A stretch of DNA of 64,000 nucleotides, from positions 248,001 through 312,000 of the forward strand of contig NW_026515685.1 of assembly GCF_025526975.1 (NCBI RefSeq), written 5' to 3'. Within the stretch, counting starts at the first letter, position 1. Each line of letters opens with the position of its first letter. Of this stretch, positions 22,532 to 33,697 are shown piece by piece. Below the pieces are notes generated by a model that was given only the letters and a program-made list of their open reading frames with translations, was not told where the DNA came from and did not search any database. The stretch comes from Fimicolochytrium jonesii. Taxonomy: Eukaryota. Position numbers and translations under genes: made by a program.

Positions 22532-23860
22532 TCAATCTGTGCCTCTGCATTCTTTGGACAAGACTGCATTCAAGTCACAGAGTCTATCTATTTCTTGCCG
22601 CAGTTTTCGTATGTCCTTTCGACGATCAGCCCGATTGTCAAATATGCGTTTGAGTCTAGCCTCTTCGATCTTCCGCTCCCTTGCGTCGGTCAACGAGCGC
22701 AACCCTCTCTTATCGTCCCTATATTGCTTTGTCTCGATGGTGTACTCCTCCGCCTGCTCCTTCAATTCTTTCAGTAGCCGCTCGATTTCCTTGTAATTCT
22801 CTTCCATTTTGACCAGGTCCTCAACTTGACGGAGTAGATCGTCGGTGTCGCGCATGCTTTCCTTGTTCCCTTCATTGATTCGTTCATACCGAAGCTCAGT
22901 GTCATAGACGCCATTTTTGATGTTGTCTTCGTATTGACGGGTTTGGGCTATCTCATCGTCGGTCAGCGGTAGCGCCGACCATGAGGAATCTTGCGTATCG
23001 AAAATCCAGCGACCCGGCCGACAACCGTTGCGCATTTTGGTCCAGTCGGGGACCGAAACAGTGATCAGAATCCGGCCGTCCCCTATGTGCTCGGCAGAGT
23101 GCTTACTGATCCAGCCGGGATCGTCCCCTTTTGTGTCGGTCAACACCTGACATTTCATAGTGTTCAAGTTCAATACGCACACTTGTGCTTTATCACCACG
23201 GGCATCGAGATAACCAATAGAGCCGATGAGGATGAGTGTGTCATGGCCGAGAAGCGTTGCCGTATGGCCATCGGTTGGTGGAAAGTCATTCGTATGGTAC
23301 TGAAGCAGTTCGATGGTTCCGTCCGGCTTCACGACGGTGACATCACTATAGATGAAGTAGTCAAAATCACAAAACTCCTCATGGTACCCTCCGATGAAGA
23401 GCTTTGTGCCTTGAGGCAAGGTGCCGATGCAGGAAGTCTCTACGTCCTGCTCCAGGACGGTCCTACTCCTGCCATATCGATGGAAGCTCCACACCGGATG
23501 CCGCCAAGTATCCTCGTAGTGTCCGCCTAGATGATGTTTTTGCGCATGGTAGCCCATCCAGCCGTTCTTGATCATCTCGATATGAAACGGGGTGGTAATA
23601 CGTTCAGGGCTTTCTTTGATGGCGTTGTGCTTTGCGAGACAATGTTGCCGAAAGATATCCCGGGTGACACGTTTGTCCCACTTCCGTCGGTAGTAGATCT
23701 GAACCAGCTTTGGCGGTGTGTAGGAGGAACAGCTAACCTGTTCTGGCAACTCATCCGGGAACCTCGGATACTCTTCGACGATGACCTTTTTCGGACGCTC
23801 CGGCGGTTCGTAGTCGTCCGCAAGGACGGCGAACATGTTTCCGCGCTTGTGTCTAGTCAT
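22532..23860 (-). CDS. Kelch-like beta-propeller-fragment protein with a C-terminal coiled coil
   Basis: WSFHRYGRS, FIGGYHEE.CDFDYFIYSDV, FPPTDGHTATLLG, IGSIGY and PGWISKHSA motifs; charged heptad-like tail. First ATG at 23860; intronless. Confidence 0.75.
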   Translation of the reverse strand: MTRHKRGNMFAVLADDYEPPERPKKVIVEEYPRFPDELPEQVSCSSYTPPKLVQIYYRRKWDKRVTRDIFRQHCLAKHNAIKESPERITTPFHIEMIKNGWMGYHAQKHHLGGHYEDTWRHPVWSFHRYGRSRTVLEQDVETSCIGTLPQGTKLFIGGYHEEFCDFDYFIYSDVTVVKPDGTIELLQYHTNDFPPTDGHTATLLGHDTLILIGSIGYLDARGDKAQVCVLNLNTMKCQVLTDTKGDDPGWISKHSAEHIGDGRILITVSVPDWTKMRNGCRPGRWIFDTQDSSWSALPLTDDEIAQTRQYEDNIKNGVYDTELRYERINEGNKESMRDTDDLLRQVEDLVKMEENYKEIERLLKELKEQAEEYTIETKQYRDDKRGLRSLTDARERKIEEARLKRIFDNRADRRKDIRKLRQEIDRLCDLNAVLSKECRGTD

Positions 23861-24171
23861 CGTTGCGGTCGTCGGTGCTGCGAGAGGGACGAACAAACGG
23901 AGTTAAAAAAGGGTGGCAAGTTCATAGACGCGCACGAACGCTAGGATCATGAATTCGCCCACTTGACTTGCGGACAGCTTCAAGGTCTCCTGGATAAAGC
24001 ATCGTGCGGTGTGCAATTGGACCTTAGGACGACAGACGGAGAGACAGGCGTCTTCAAGTGTTGTGCACTTACTGACAGCATCGGACGACTACGTCGGCCC
24101 AACCTCCAGGTCACCGTTCATCCAAATGCTCGAATCCGGATCACCACCCGAATTATAACGGTCGCCACCAG

Positions 24172-24281
24172 GGGGGAGGAGGGAGGGAGGCGCGGGGAGG
24201 GGAGGGGAGGGAGGTGGGGGGAAGGGAAGAGGGGGAGGGGGGGGGGGGGGGGGAGGGAGGGGGGGGAGGCAGGGGAGGGGG
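24172..24281 (+). repeat. G/A polypurine low-complexity tract
   Basis: About 110 nt of almost only G and A with many G-runs, between the Kelch-like gene promoter and the 3' end of the lyase gene. Confidence 0.9.
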
Positions 24282-24806
24282 TGGACAGCTTGAAAAGACC
24301 CGGTGGACATGATCCGCTGTGTCCAGCCATCTTCAGCATAAAGGATGCTTGCATGACTGCGGAGGGTCGTCGTGATATGGATGTCCGTGTGTACGGGGCA
24401 GGGTCCCGTCTGGTCTTTCATGGCGCTATTCAGCGGGCCAATTCGCAGATCCTATTTGGTTACTCGGACCCGGACAAAATCTTGTTCAGTCGGTCAGAGG
24501 GGTCGGAAGTAAGGGTCTTGAATTCCGACGCCGGTGCCTAAGGGTCAACCATCAGCCACTTCGCGATGGCAAAGTGAGCACTGATAAGTTACAAGTCCTC
24601 GGGAGAAATGAAGAGCCAGGAACGAATTTGAAACCTCATGATTCGGGTACTCATGTACTCATGTACTCATGTGTATGCGTACGTGACTCTGTTGAATTGC
24701 AGATTTCATATACAGAGTAGTCGCGGGGAGAAGGGGAAATGTTCTCTCAACAAGTCTTGTAGTCTACACTTGACAGCTACACAAGGGTAACGAGATCTCT
24801 ACAAGT

Positions 24807-26253
24807 CTACAATTGGCGGCTACACTTGTTGACACAGGCCATGAACTGGGTCTTCGCGGCGGTGCAGTCACCAGTGGGCGGAGTGGTGGGGGGAACGGTG
24901 GGGGGTATGGTGGTGTTGCCGGAAGTCCCACCCTGCAGATGGTTAGGGTCGTAAGGGGTGATCTGGTAGCCGTCGGTCAACAAGTCGTCGAGGCTAAAAA
25001 CGCGTTCAGAAGAAATATTGAGAAACGTCAGCCAGCGGAGTTGCGGAAAATGAAAATGAAATACAAAGCTCGTGATGCACTCACCGGTCCGCGAGCATCC
25101 AGCCGTCATGGTAAATGACGCCGGCGGGTTTGATCGTATCCTTGCGGTAAAGACCAGCCTTGAGATCTAAAAGTCCAGGTGTCGGGAGGAAGAACGTTTT
25201 TGCCAATTGTCTCGAGCTTGTTCCGAAAGGCGGATGAAGCAGCTCTTACAGTTGGTCTCTCCGCGGTACATGTTGGGCGCCTTGATGCCGTCGACCACTT
25301 TGGCCCCGTTCACCCAGAGGCTTGTGCTCGCTTGGTTCTTCTCAGGAGACCATCTTCAAGTAACGAGATCGAAGGATCAGCCACGCTATGTGAGACACCG
25401 CCTACGCGCGTGTTTCGACATACTTGAAATGGGCGATGAAGTCATACCAAATCCCTCGTTTGAGAGGAGTGTTCCAGGCATTGACCTGCGCGAAGACAAC
25501 GGATGACCGTGAGTGAAAGGGCATTCGCCATCGCTACAACATGTCCGCACACGCAAACGTCACGTACCTGAGTGCCAGGCCAGGGACCATCCATCTCATT
25601 TCCGACGAGCCATTCGAACTGAAAAGCCGAAGCGATGTAAATGCCCGAACCCTGGCTTATCACAATGCGGTTGCCCGACGCTCATACATACTTTTTCTCC
25701 CTAGGAATGAGGAAATTAGTTTTCCAACGCACGGATGAACCGATGGCGGCAGGAGATCAATGACTCACGTTCAATGCCAACCCAACCGGGACGGCACTGT
25801 AGCGCGAATGCCACTGCGCCAGGACCTCCCAGGTACCGGCCGGCGACGGAAAATTCTCGTCAAAGCGAACGCTCCAACGATAAAACTCTTCCTCGCCTTT
25901 GTTGATGATCACTTTTGAACCAGAGTTAATGTTACTTCGGAAGCTCAGAATGTAAAGACAATTGCCAAAAAAAAGGCTTCTGACCGCTTACCATCCTCGC
26001 GAGACAACTCATTGCGATTGCCACTGCTGGTTTTGTACTTATCACCTTGACGAGTCTCTACACGCAGAGCGTATTTTCCTTGACGCAAAGGACTTGTGAC
26101 GATTTGGAACCGTTCAGGACCGCCGGGGTTCTCCTTAACGCCCCATTGGTTGATATCGCTCGTTTCGAAGTCGCCACGCCACAAGATTTTGGCGAAGGCG
26201 GGCTGGAGGCTGGCGAAAGCGCCCAAAAGGGAAACTGCGAGCGAAATCTTCAT
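24807..26253 (-). CDS. Secreted polysaccharide lyase-like protein (Polysacc_lyase / heparin lyase I-like fold), about 8 exons
   Basis: Signal peptide MKISLAVSLL. Spliced product reads WRGDFETSD...GKYALRV...SGNRNEL...FYRWSVRFD...LAQWH...RGIWYDFIAHFKWS...LWVNG...NYLKAGLYR...IYHDG, then a Pro/Thr linker and a Cys tail. Canonical GT-AG introns. Confidence 0.85.
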
Positions 26254-29200
26254 GGTGGCGGGACCCTGTTGCTGAATTGACCGTTGCCGTTGGATGATGT
26301 GCAGAGAGGGACATGCCTCGCCAACCGCACTATTTATGGTGTTCCAACTTTCAAGAGAAACACGGCAGGCCTTGACCCTCTCGACGCATACAAAGAGAAG
26401 AACACCACCGGCAGCATACATTCCTGCAGATGCATTCGCTCCAGAGATTCTTCCGCGACCGCATGACGAAACACCGCGATTAGACGGATACTTCCTCCCC
26501 CACGGATCCATTCATAACCGCCTGACATTGCACAGAGCTTGGACGGATTGAATACGCTGTAGCAACCGTTGAGAAAAGTTCAGCGATACTTACGGCGTGG
26601 TGGCGGTTGTGGCGAACTGCGGGCGGAACGCGGATGCATTGATGTCGAACGGTCGGGATACTTTCCCCCCGACCGATCGAGTGGCCACTACATCAGCGCC
26701 TGGGCCGACAGGTGCCGACAGCTGCTTGGAGTCCTCTATTCCACGAGGGAGATTCTGCCCGCGATGGCAACTGCCTTTCTGCTGAACATGCCCCACTCTG
26801 ATACAGAGCGGTGTATCTAATTAGGCACAGATGCCGGCGGCGGAAACAGATCCCGAGCTTTCTGCGGTGTGATCAGGATTTGCTGGTGAGGAGGGCCATC
26901 ATCATTACACAGCGCCCTCTATTAGATCAACATAACCAGTTGGGGAGAAAAGTCAGGGTGGGGTTGACGGGATGGAAATTGACGGGTAGCTGTTAATTAA
27001 GTGGACCAATGAGAACGCTTGAGAACGCGGTCCGCGGAGTTGGGCGCGCGCTCGTCACCAGGATGTCAATCCTTTTTCTCATACTCCGTCCCCATAATTC
27101 AAATTAACACGCAAATTAAAGCGACCGCCAGTCTGCCGTCTGCGAAGCATCCTCACAGTGATTCCTCACAAGCTCGGAGGAGGCGGATATGGGTCGCCGC
27201 GGAGCCGTTACCGTCGGGTGTATGTCCCCAACCGAACACCGCGGAGACGGTCAGCCTTCAGATGTTTGACGAGGTTCGACAGCTTGGCCGCAGCCCTTCG
27301 ATTTCATCCACCCCGTATCCAAAATGCCAAGTCTTCATACGGAAAACCGGAGTCTCCGGTGCGTTGTGACTTCCGAGTGTGGGGTTGCCCTACCGGATTT
27401 AGGCGTCGGCATGGCACCACCTCTCCACAACGCTTTGCAATGCAAATTATCTATTATATACAATACCGAGCAGAGCCTCCCTCTATGCCTGTATGGATGT
27501 TCGGGCGACAAACACGGGGACGACTGCAAATGGCTTGTCGTCTGTGCTTGGCCGGTGCTGCACTGCTGCTCAGTGCTCAGTGCTCAGGCGCCCCGTAATC
27601 CAACTTGTGTAATAGTCCCAAAGGGCATGTGGCCTCCGGAAGAATGGACGTTGCATGTTGCGGAAGAGCGGCGCAGATGTCGATGGCATCTGTCGATCTG
27701 ACCAATGGGTTGGAAGTCAAATATCTAACGGCCATATGGGAGCCGATGAAAATGCTGGCTAGTCTCTTCTTTCGTCATTAAGCACAAGGATCCGTACAGA
27801 CATTCACTACGACCCCAGGGAGAGGACATAGTAAATATCTCCACGTTTTGGACAAGGCCCCTTCCCATCAGCGATATGCCGCGCGACTATCACACACCTT
27901 TGTAAAAAGAGATGGGAATTGCAGCCAGTGTTCCTGGGGCTTTCGCCGAGTCCGTCTGAGGAATTGAGTTCTAGCGCACAGGCGAACTCCAAAGAATCGG
28001 TCGCCTGAAAATCTTCTCGGAATCTTCTCAATGGCGGATTCGCGGCAACGAGCGAGTAGCGTAGCCTCACCCAAGATTAATTCATTCCAATCGGAAGAGA
28101 ACCCCCTGTTCCTTCTCGCGACAACTCGAAAGTTTTTCCTGTCGTACTTGTTGCCGCGGGAAAGGTTGATGTCTATGCATAACAGCGCCTGTAACAAATA
28201 CCGAACAGAGGAGTCGTGGTGATCCGAAAACGTTTTGAGTTGGTCTCTCGCATGCTTACGTTGTCACGAGAGCGTATGGGTCCATCCGCAAGTTCAGTTT
28301 GTCCGACGTTGCAAGCATGGCCGGTAAGATGGTCAGCATCTACAGTAACAGTCGGGCCTGGGGAATTGTTATTAAGTTTCTTCGAGCAGGTCCCCTTACG
28401 TGGTCGTTTGGCCTTTGTCGTTCTGCTTTTGTTCTCGCTCACACGCTGTACCGGAACCCCTGCCCTGTGCTTCAACTGCCGGAGACGCCGAATGTTTCTC
28501 CCTCTTCGACTTCTGTCACCCCTCATGCGTAGGCAAGCCGAAGGAGCCGCCACGAGCTTACGATTGTTTCGCCACTCCAATTCCAATCCAATGCGGTATC
28601 GTCGCGCAGGGATAGCGCTGCACTACTTTTGAGCACGCAGCTTCCGCGAGTCGGCCGGTGACCGGTTGGCGCCGTTTCCAGCTCCTTCTGGCTTCCTCGC
28701 ATCGTGGCCTAGGCGTGTGTTTGAAGGGTACTAGAGCCCTCGATCCGCGGAATTGCATTGTGGAGTCCGCGAAACCCCAAGTCCGCCGCGCACGTAATGA
28801 CGGCTACCTGTCACTTTCGAGACCCACTCCGCACTCGTACATATCTTGCCAAGCAGCTTAGTATGAACATGCAAGAGCGCGAGGGGTCGACTCTGGAGTC
28901 ATCATACGTAGTCTAGATGGGTGCACAATCCTCAAAGGTTCCCGCTGGCAGCACAGATACACCCGCACGGGTACATAAAGCATGGCCGTCGATGGGAGGA
29001 CGGGCTGCACAGTGACCAGCAGTCTGAAATATATATGTACATACACCAGCAAACTCAATATAATGAACACCATGAATGTCTATTGATGAAAGGTTGCTCA
29101 TCGTCTACGTATGAATTGCACATAGGAGGCACTCAATTATATTTACAAACTAAGAGTACATATGGGGAATGTCACCCATCGGCGTCGAGGTTGGGTGTGA

Positions 29201-29320
29201 AAAATCATGTGAATATATGGACGCATTGCGTGTATGTCCTCGCGAAGGTTTTAGCCAGAAACCAGCCCAGCCAACCTCCCCGCCTCCCTTCCTACATCAC
29301 TACATGGATCGAACATGCTT

Positions 29321-31467
29321 CTACTGCATCCCATTACAATCCCCCCCAACATTCCCCTCCTCCGTGACCGTCTTCACATCCTGCGTCCCCACACCCTGCA
29401 CATGTCTCGAAATCCCACCCAACCGACTCCAGGTTTCCAGCCCAACCAACGCCAACGTCGCGCCCGCGGCCAGCGCAACGCATTTTGCCGAAGTCATCAG
29501 CGGGTGCTCGTCACTCGCGGCCGCGGCCAGTGCCGCAAAGCACACAGCGACAGCCATCCTTGCGACGGTGCGCACGCGTTTGGACAGCCGCGAGGCGTGC
29601 AGCGACCTGTGGGTGAGGGAGATGACGGTCATGCAGGACAGCGTCACCGCCAGCGATCCAAAGAAGGTGCGGTACGTTGTTGTTGAAAAGTTGTGGCCGC
29701 CCCCAGGTGCATCGGCGTGATGATCACCCGCACCGTCGTCGGTGGCGCGCACCATCACCTCGACGCTGACACCCGCGAGGACGACGGCGCCAAACATGGG
29801 GATGTGGGATAGATTCCACGTGATCCCCGTCCAAGCGTGCCTGCGCATCGCATGAATCTCCTGCCGGGATCCGTCGACGTCGAAGTAGATCCAGGCGAGG
29901 TTGAGGGCGAGGATGAGTGCCAGGACCGCTTTGACGTACGAGAGGTCCGGGGTGGCTGAGAAGGATGTGTAGAAGAGGGCGACCATGACTTCACCCAGCA
30001 CGATGATGAGGAACAAGCCGTTGCGTTCCGAGAGGTGCTCGATACTGACAGCGAGGCGATGCACGGGCCGCGGGATCCAGGGGATGTATCGTGAGGCGAG
30101 GAGGATGCACGGGTTGAGGAGGTAGTCGAAGGCGATCCCTGCCCACCAGAGGGAGTATTTGTGCTCTTTTGAGAAGATGGAGCTGATGAAGAAGACGGCG
30201 CTGACGAAGGAGGGGAGGGCGGATTGGACGAGGGAGGCGCGGAATTGAGGGAAGAGGGGATAGTAGGAGAGGTAGGTTAGGGCGAACGAGAAGCGGATCA
30301 GGAGGTAGAAGACGATGAAGATGGTGTGGGTTGAGGAAATGGCTTCTGTGCAGTTGATGCCGAGTCCGACGACTAGGGCCATGATCTGAGGATTGCAGAG
30401 CCGTTAAAGGATGTGGGCATATCCATGCCGGTAGCCGGCGGTGTGTCCATGCGCTGGATTACGTACCCAAACAATGAACCCCTTCTGTGCCACATCGTCG
30501 CTCGCAAAGACATTGTAGTACATCACCATGTCCACCCACGGTCTGTGTTCCGCCAGAAGTGTCAGATTGAGTCAGTCCGAGTTACAAAGGCGGTGTCCCT
30601 CAACGCGGAAAACGTTCCCGTCACGCACCTGATGCTCATGAGGAACAGAATCGAAAACTGCGGGAGATCCAGCGGGGACTCGGTGCCAATGTAGGCGCTT
30701 CCCAATATGGCTACGATCCCCGCAAACAACAAATCAAACAACAGCTCCAGCCACGTCGTCGTCCTTTCCTCCGCCTCTCTAATCAACGTCGTGTGTCGAA
30801 TGAGGTACTGGCGGATCCTCGGCTTCTTCCAAAAGATCTGACTCAGCTGCTCATCATCGCCGTTTGGCTCCTCCGTCGGCATGATTTCCATATCGATGGG
30901 TCCATACTGTTTGATGGACGGGTGGACCATGGTCGCGGTGGAGGAGGATCCATTGGTTAGTGTGCGTGTGAAGCGGAGAAGGTCGCTTTTGTGAGACTCG
31001 AGTTCACCGCTGATCTGCTCTGCGCGCTGACGGGCCAGTTCCTTTTCGTCTTCGGCGTCGCGGGCGGTTTTCTGCAGCTCGAGGACTTTTGTTTTGAGCG
31101 CTGCGATGTGCTGGGGGCTGCCCATGACACAAAACTCGGTTTCGGAGCCATTGGAATCGATGCTTTTGTTGCAGGGAGGCAGTTCGTCGGGGTTGTCGAC
31201 GATTTGGAACTGCTTGGAGCCGGAGCGGAAGAAGCGAGTGCAGGTTTGGTGAGGAACTGCACCAGAGGGAGGTGCCAACGTCGACGCAGGTGGGGTGGTG
31301 CCTTCCTCGTTTATGGAGACCGAGCGCCGAAGCACGGACGCTTGTCGGAAACGCTGCCTCTGCTCGTCGTCGTGGTGATGGTGGTGAGCCACCGGGTGGT
31401 GCCCAGGGGGGATGTTAAACTCGGGAATGTCGACGGCGAGGTGTTCATGGTCCACCATTGCAGCCAT
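29321..31467 (-). CDS. Low temperature requirement protein A (LtrA)-family membrane protein; 3 exons (31467-30629, 30542-30467, 30385-29321)
   Basis: TTWLELLFDLLFA, EHLSERNGLFLIIVLGE and WIYFD signatures; both introns have GT-AG ends and preserve the frame. Confidence 0.9.
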
Positions 31468-31983
31468 TTTGAGGAGTTCCTCGTTGCTGCCGAAGCGCGG
31501 TGTGTAGCTACGGGAGATACTACCGTCCCTCCTGCCCTATATAGTAAGCGCTCTGTGTGTGCTCACAAGAGGCTTCGACGAGAGGCTTTGACGCCTGGTC
31601 CTCTGAGTGCGAAAGTGGACAGCGAAGCGTGGCGGAAGTGGTCAGAACTTGAATATGGAGATCGGCGCCTCGGAGGGGAGTCGCGCCCGGTTCTCCACTG
31701 CAATATGGAAACCCCCCGCCGATCGCCCCGGGATCGCCCTGTCGACACTGGACAGTCGGACATGTCGAGACATAATATGCATGTGCATACAGTCCTATCG
31801 TTACTTATAGTATGCAACAAGGCGATCCCGTACGCCGGACGCCATCTGACATACACGCACTCCTGCGCACTCTGCTGTAGATGTAGATGAAAGACTAGAT
31901 TTACGGGAGAGGGCATGATGGCACTGAGATTGATGTAGCGCATTCTAGGGAGCGTGCACAACTCAACCAAGACTACTGGGTAA

Positions 31984-32795
31984 GGGTGCAGTTTAGTGGG
32001 TTTTCCGCGCGTAGCCCACCGGATCCCAGAACCCACCAAACTACACTCAAAAAAGAACCCGCCAAACTACACTCAAAGAAAAACCCAACAAACTACACAC
32101 AACCACAGCGGGGGTTCCCCCCGCACCCCCACCAGGGCTTTCCCCCCTGGACCCCCCTCTGCACGCTGCTCATTTGACGGGGTGTATTAGTATAAATAGT
32201 ACGTATATATTACAAAAAAACCCCACTCAAGGGGGCTGCCGCCCCCCTGAACCCCCCGCCTTCTCCATTTCATCACTCGTCCAACGGGTCTGCAGTTATT
32301 TCAACATCCTCCTCCAACGGGCTGTAAACCATCACCAAGCCTGTGCGCCCACTATACCCCCGTGTCATAGCATCAAGTGATAGGTGGATCATCATAGCAC
32401 AAGTGCTGATGACGAGAGTTGGCTAGTCCTAAGCGGGCCTCTATCTTCTGTTCTTCCGAAATATCCACGTTCTCCCGCTCAATTGCTTCAGTGAATGCCT
32501 GGTCGTAGTCTTCTTCGGCCATTTCCAATTCAAATTCCTCACGATCTTGGGACCAAGGGTACTCCTCTGCAGCGCATAGGGTGGGGCTGGAAAACTGCTC
32601 CATGCTTGGCGTGATTTTGGGTTTGGAATTGCACCGGCTAGGGTGATTTTGGGTTTGGAATTGCGAGATGGGGGGTCAAACACGCGCGCAAGCAGTGTAG
32701 TTTGGTGGGCTGTGGACGCGCGCAGTAGAAGCAGTGTAGTTTGGTGGGTTCTGGATCGGGTGGGTTACGGGGGCAAAACCCACTAAACTGCACCC
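31984..32795. mobile_element. Non-autonomous TIR DNA transposon / MITE-like element, 812 bp (PIF/Harbinger-like ends)
   Basis: Perfect 21-bp TIR GGGTGCAGTTTAGTGGGTTTT (31984-32004 and 32775-32795), extending imperfectly to about 64 bp. Subterminal CAAACTACAC repeats at both ends. Flanks are TAA and TAG. Confidence 0.9.
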
Positions 32796-33697
32796 TAGCC
32801 GACTACTGTACTGTACGTACCTTCTGCCTCATCCACTAGCCTTTGCGTCGAGGAAATTGCAAATTCAGAGCTTCGCTGCTCTCAGAAGTATAGCTCTCAT
32901 TCAATCTCTGCTTCAGTCGCGGCCGAAAAGCTGGTTTTCGCCTCCTCGTACCCTGGGGCGTCCAGCTTATTGCACAGACAAGCCATCTTGTTTTCCAAGA
33001 TATCTACCCTGCGCTTCAGTAGCAATTCCTCAGCTGCTTTCTTCTCCAGCAAACCAGCATTGGGCGCCGCCGTAAAGTCCCGGAGTTGCTGTGCGAGATT
33101 GGTTTGGTTGACCTCAACGCGCTGTTTCTCGTTGATGAGGAAGCTGACCATCGGACAACCATCGGAAACCATCTGAGCCTGGGACGATTGTGAAGCTTTG
33201 GACTGTGTCAAGATTGATTACGTGACTCGCTGGTGACGCCCGCAGAAACTCATAGTGCAAAGTTCGATAGATGAGTCTTAAGCTCACTCGTAAAATTCTT
33301 TGCTATTCGACTGCCGGCTCTGCTTAGCGCTAGTGCATGATCGCGCGTGTTCTCCAGTTCCCTCCTTCGGACTCCGCCTGTTCAAACTCCGCAACCCACC
33401 GTTCTATTTCCTGTTCCCACAACCCCCGCCGAAACCTAAACATGGGCACTACATAGACTTGAGCTTATTTTGCTCGCTCGTTATAGAAGGGGGCCTAGAT
33501 AGAAGCGGACTCTTATAAAGTCAGGGTGTCGTTGTCCACTCCGACCGCAATTCACTCACCCCCGGCGAGTGATAGAAAGACCGACAGCTCAGCAATATAT
33601 ATATCACGGACTTGAAGAGGCCCCATAATCGCACGCAACGCAGGTCACAAGGATACCCGCAGCAGATTTCCAACCCGCCTCACAACCAGCACGAAAA

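Noticed and set aside
28216..28632. CFNCRRRR as a Zn2Cys6 start
   Set aside because: The remaining four cysteines are absent at the required spacing and there is no evident splice to supply them.
31984..32795. Fanzor/TnpB-type locus or guide-RNA 'ghost'
   Set aside because: No RuvC or zinc-finger ORF in or near the element, and nothing I can recognise as an omega-RNA scaffold.
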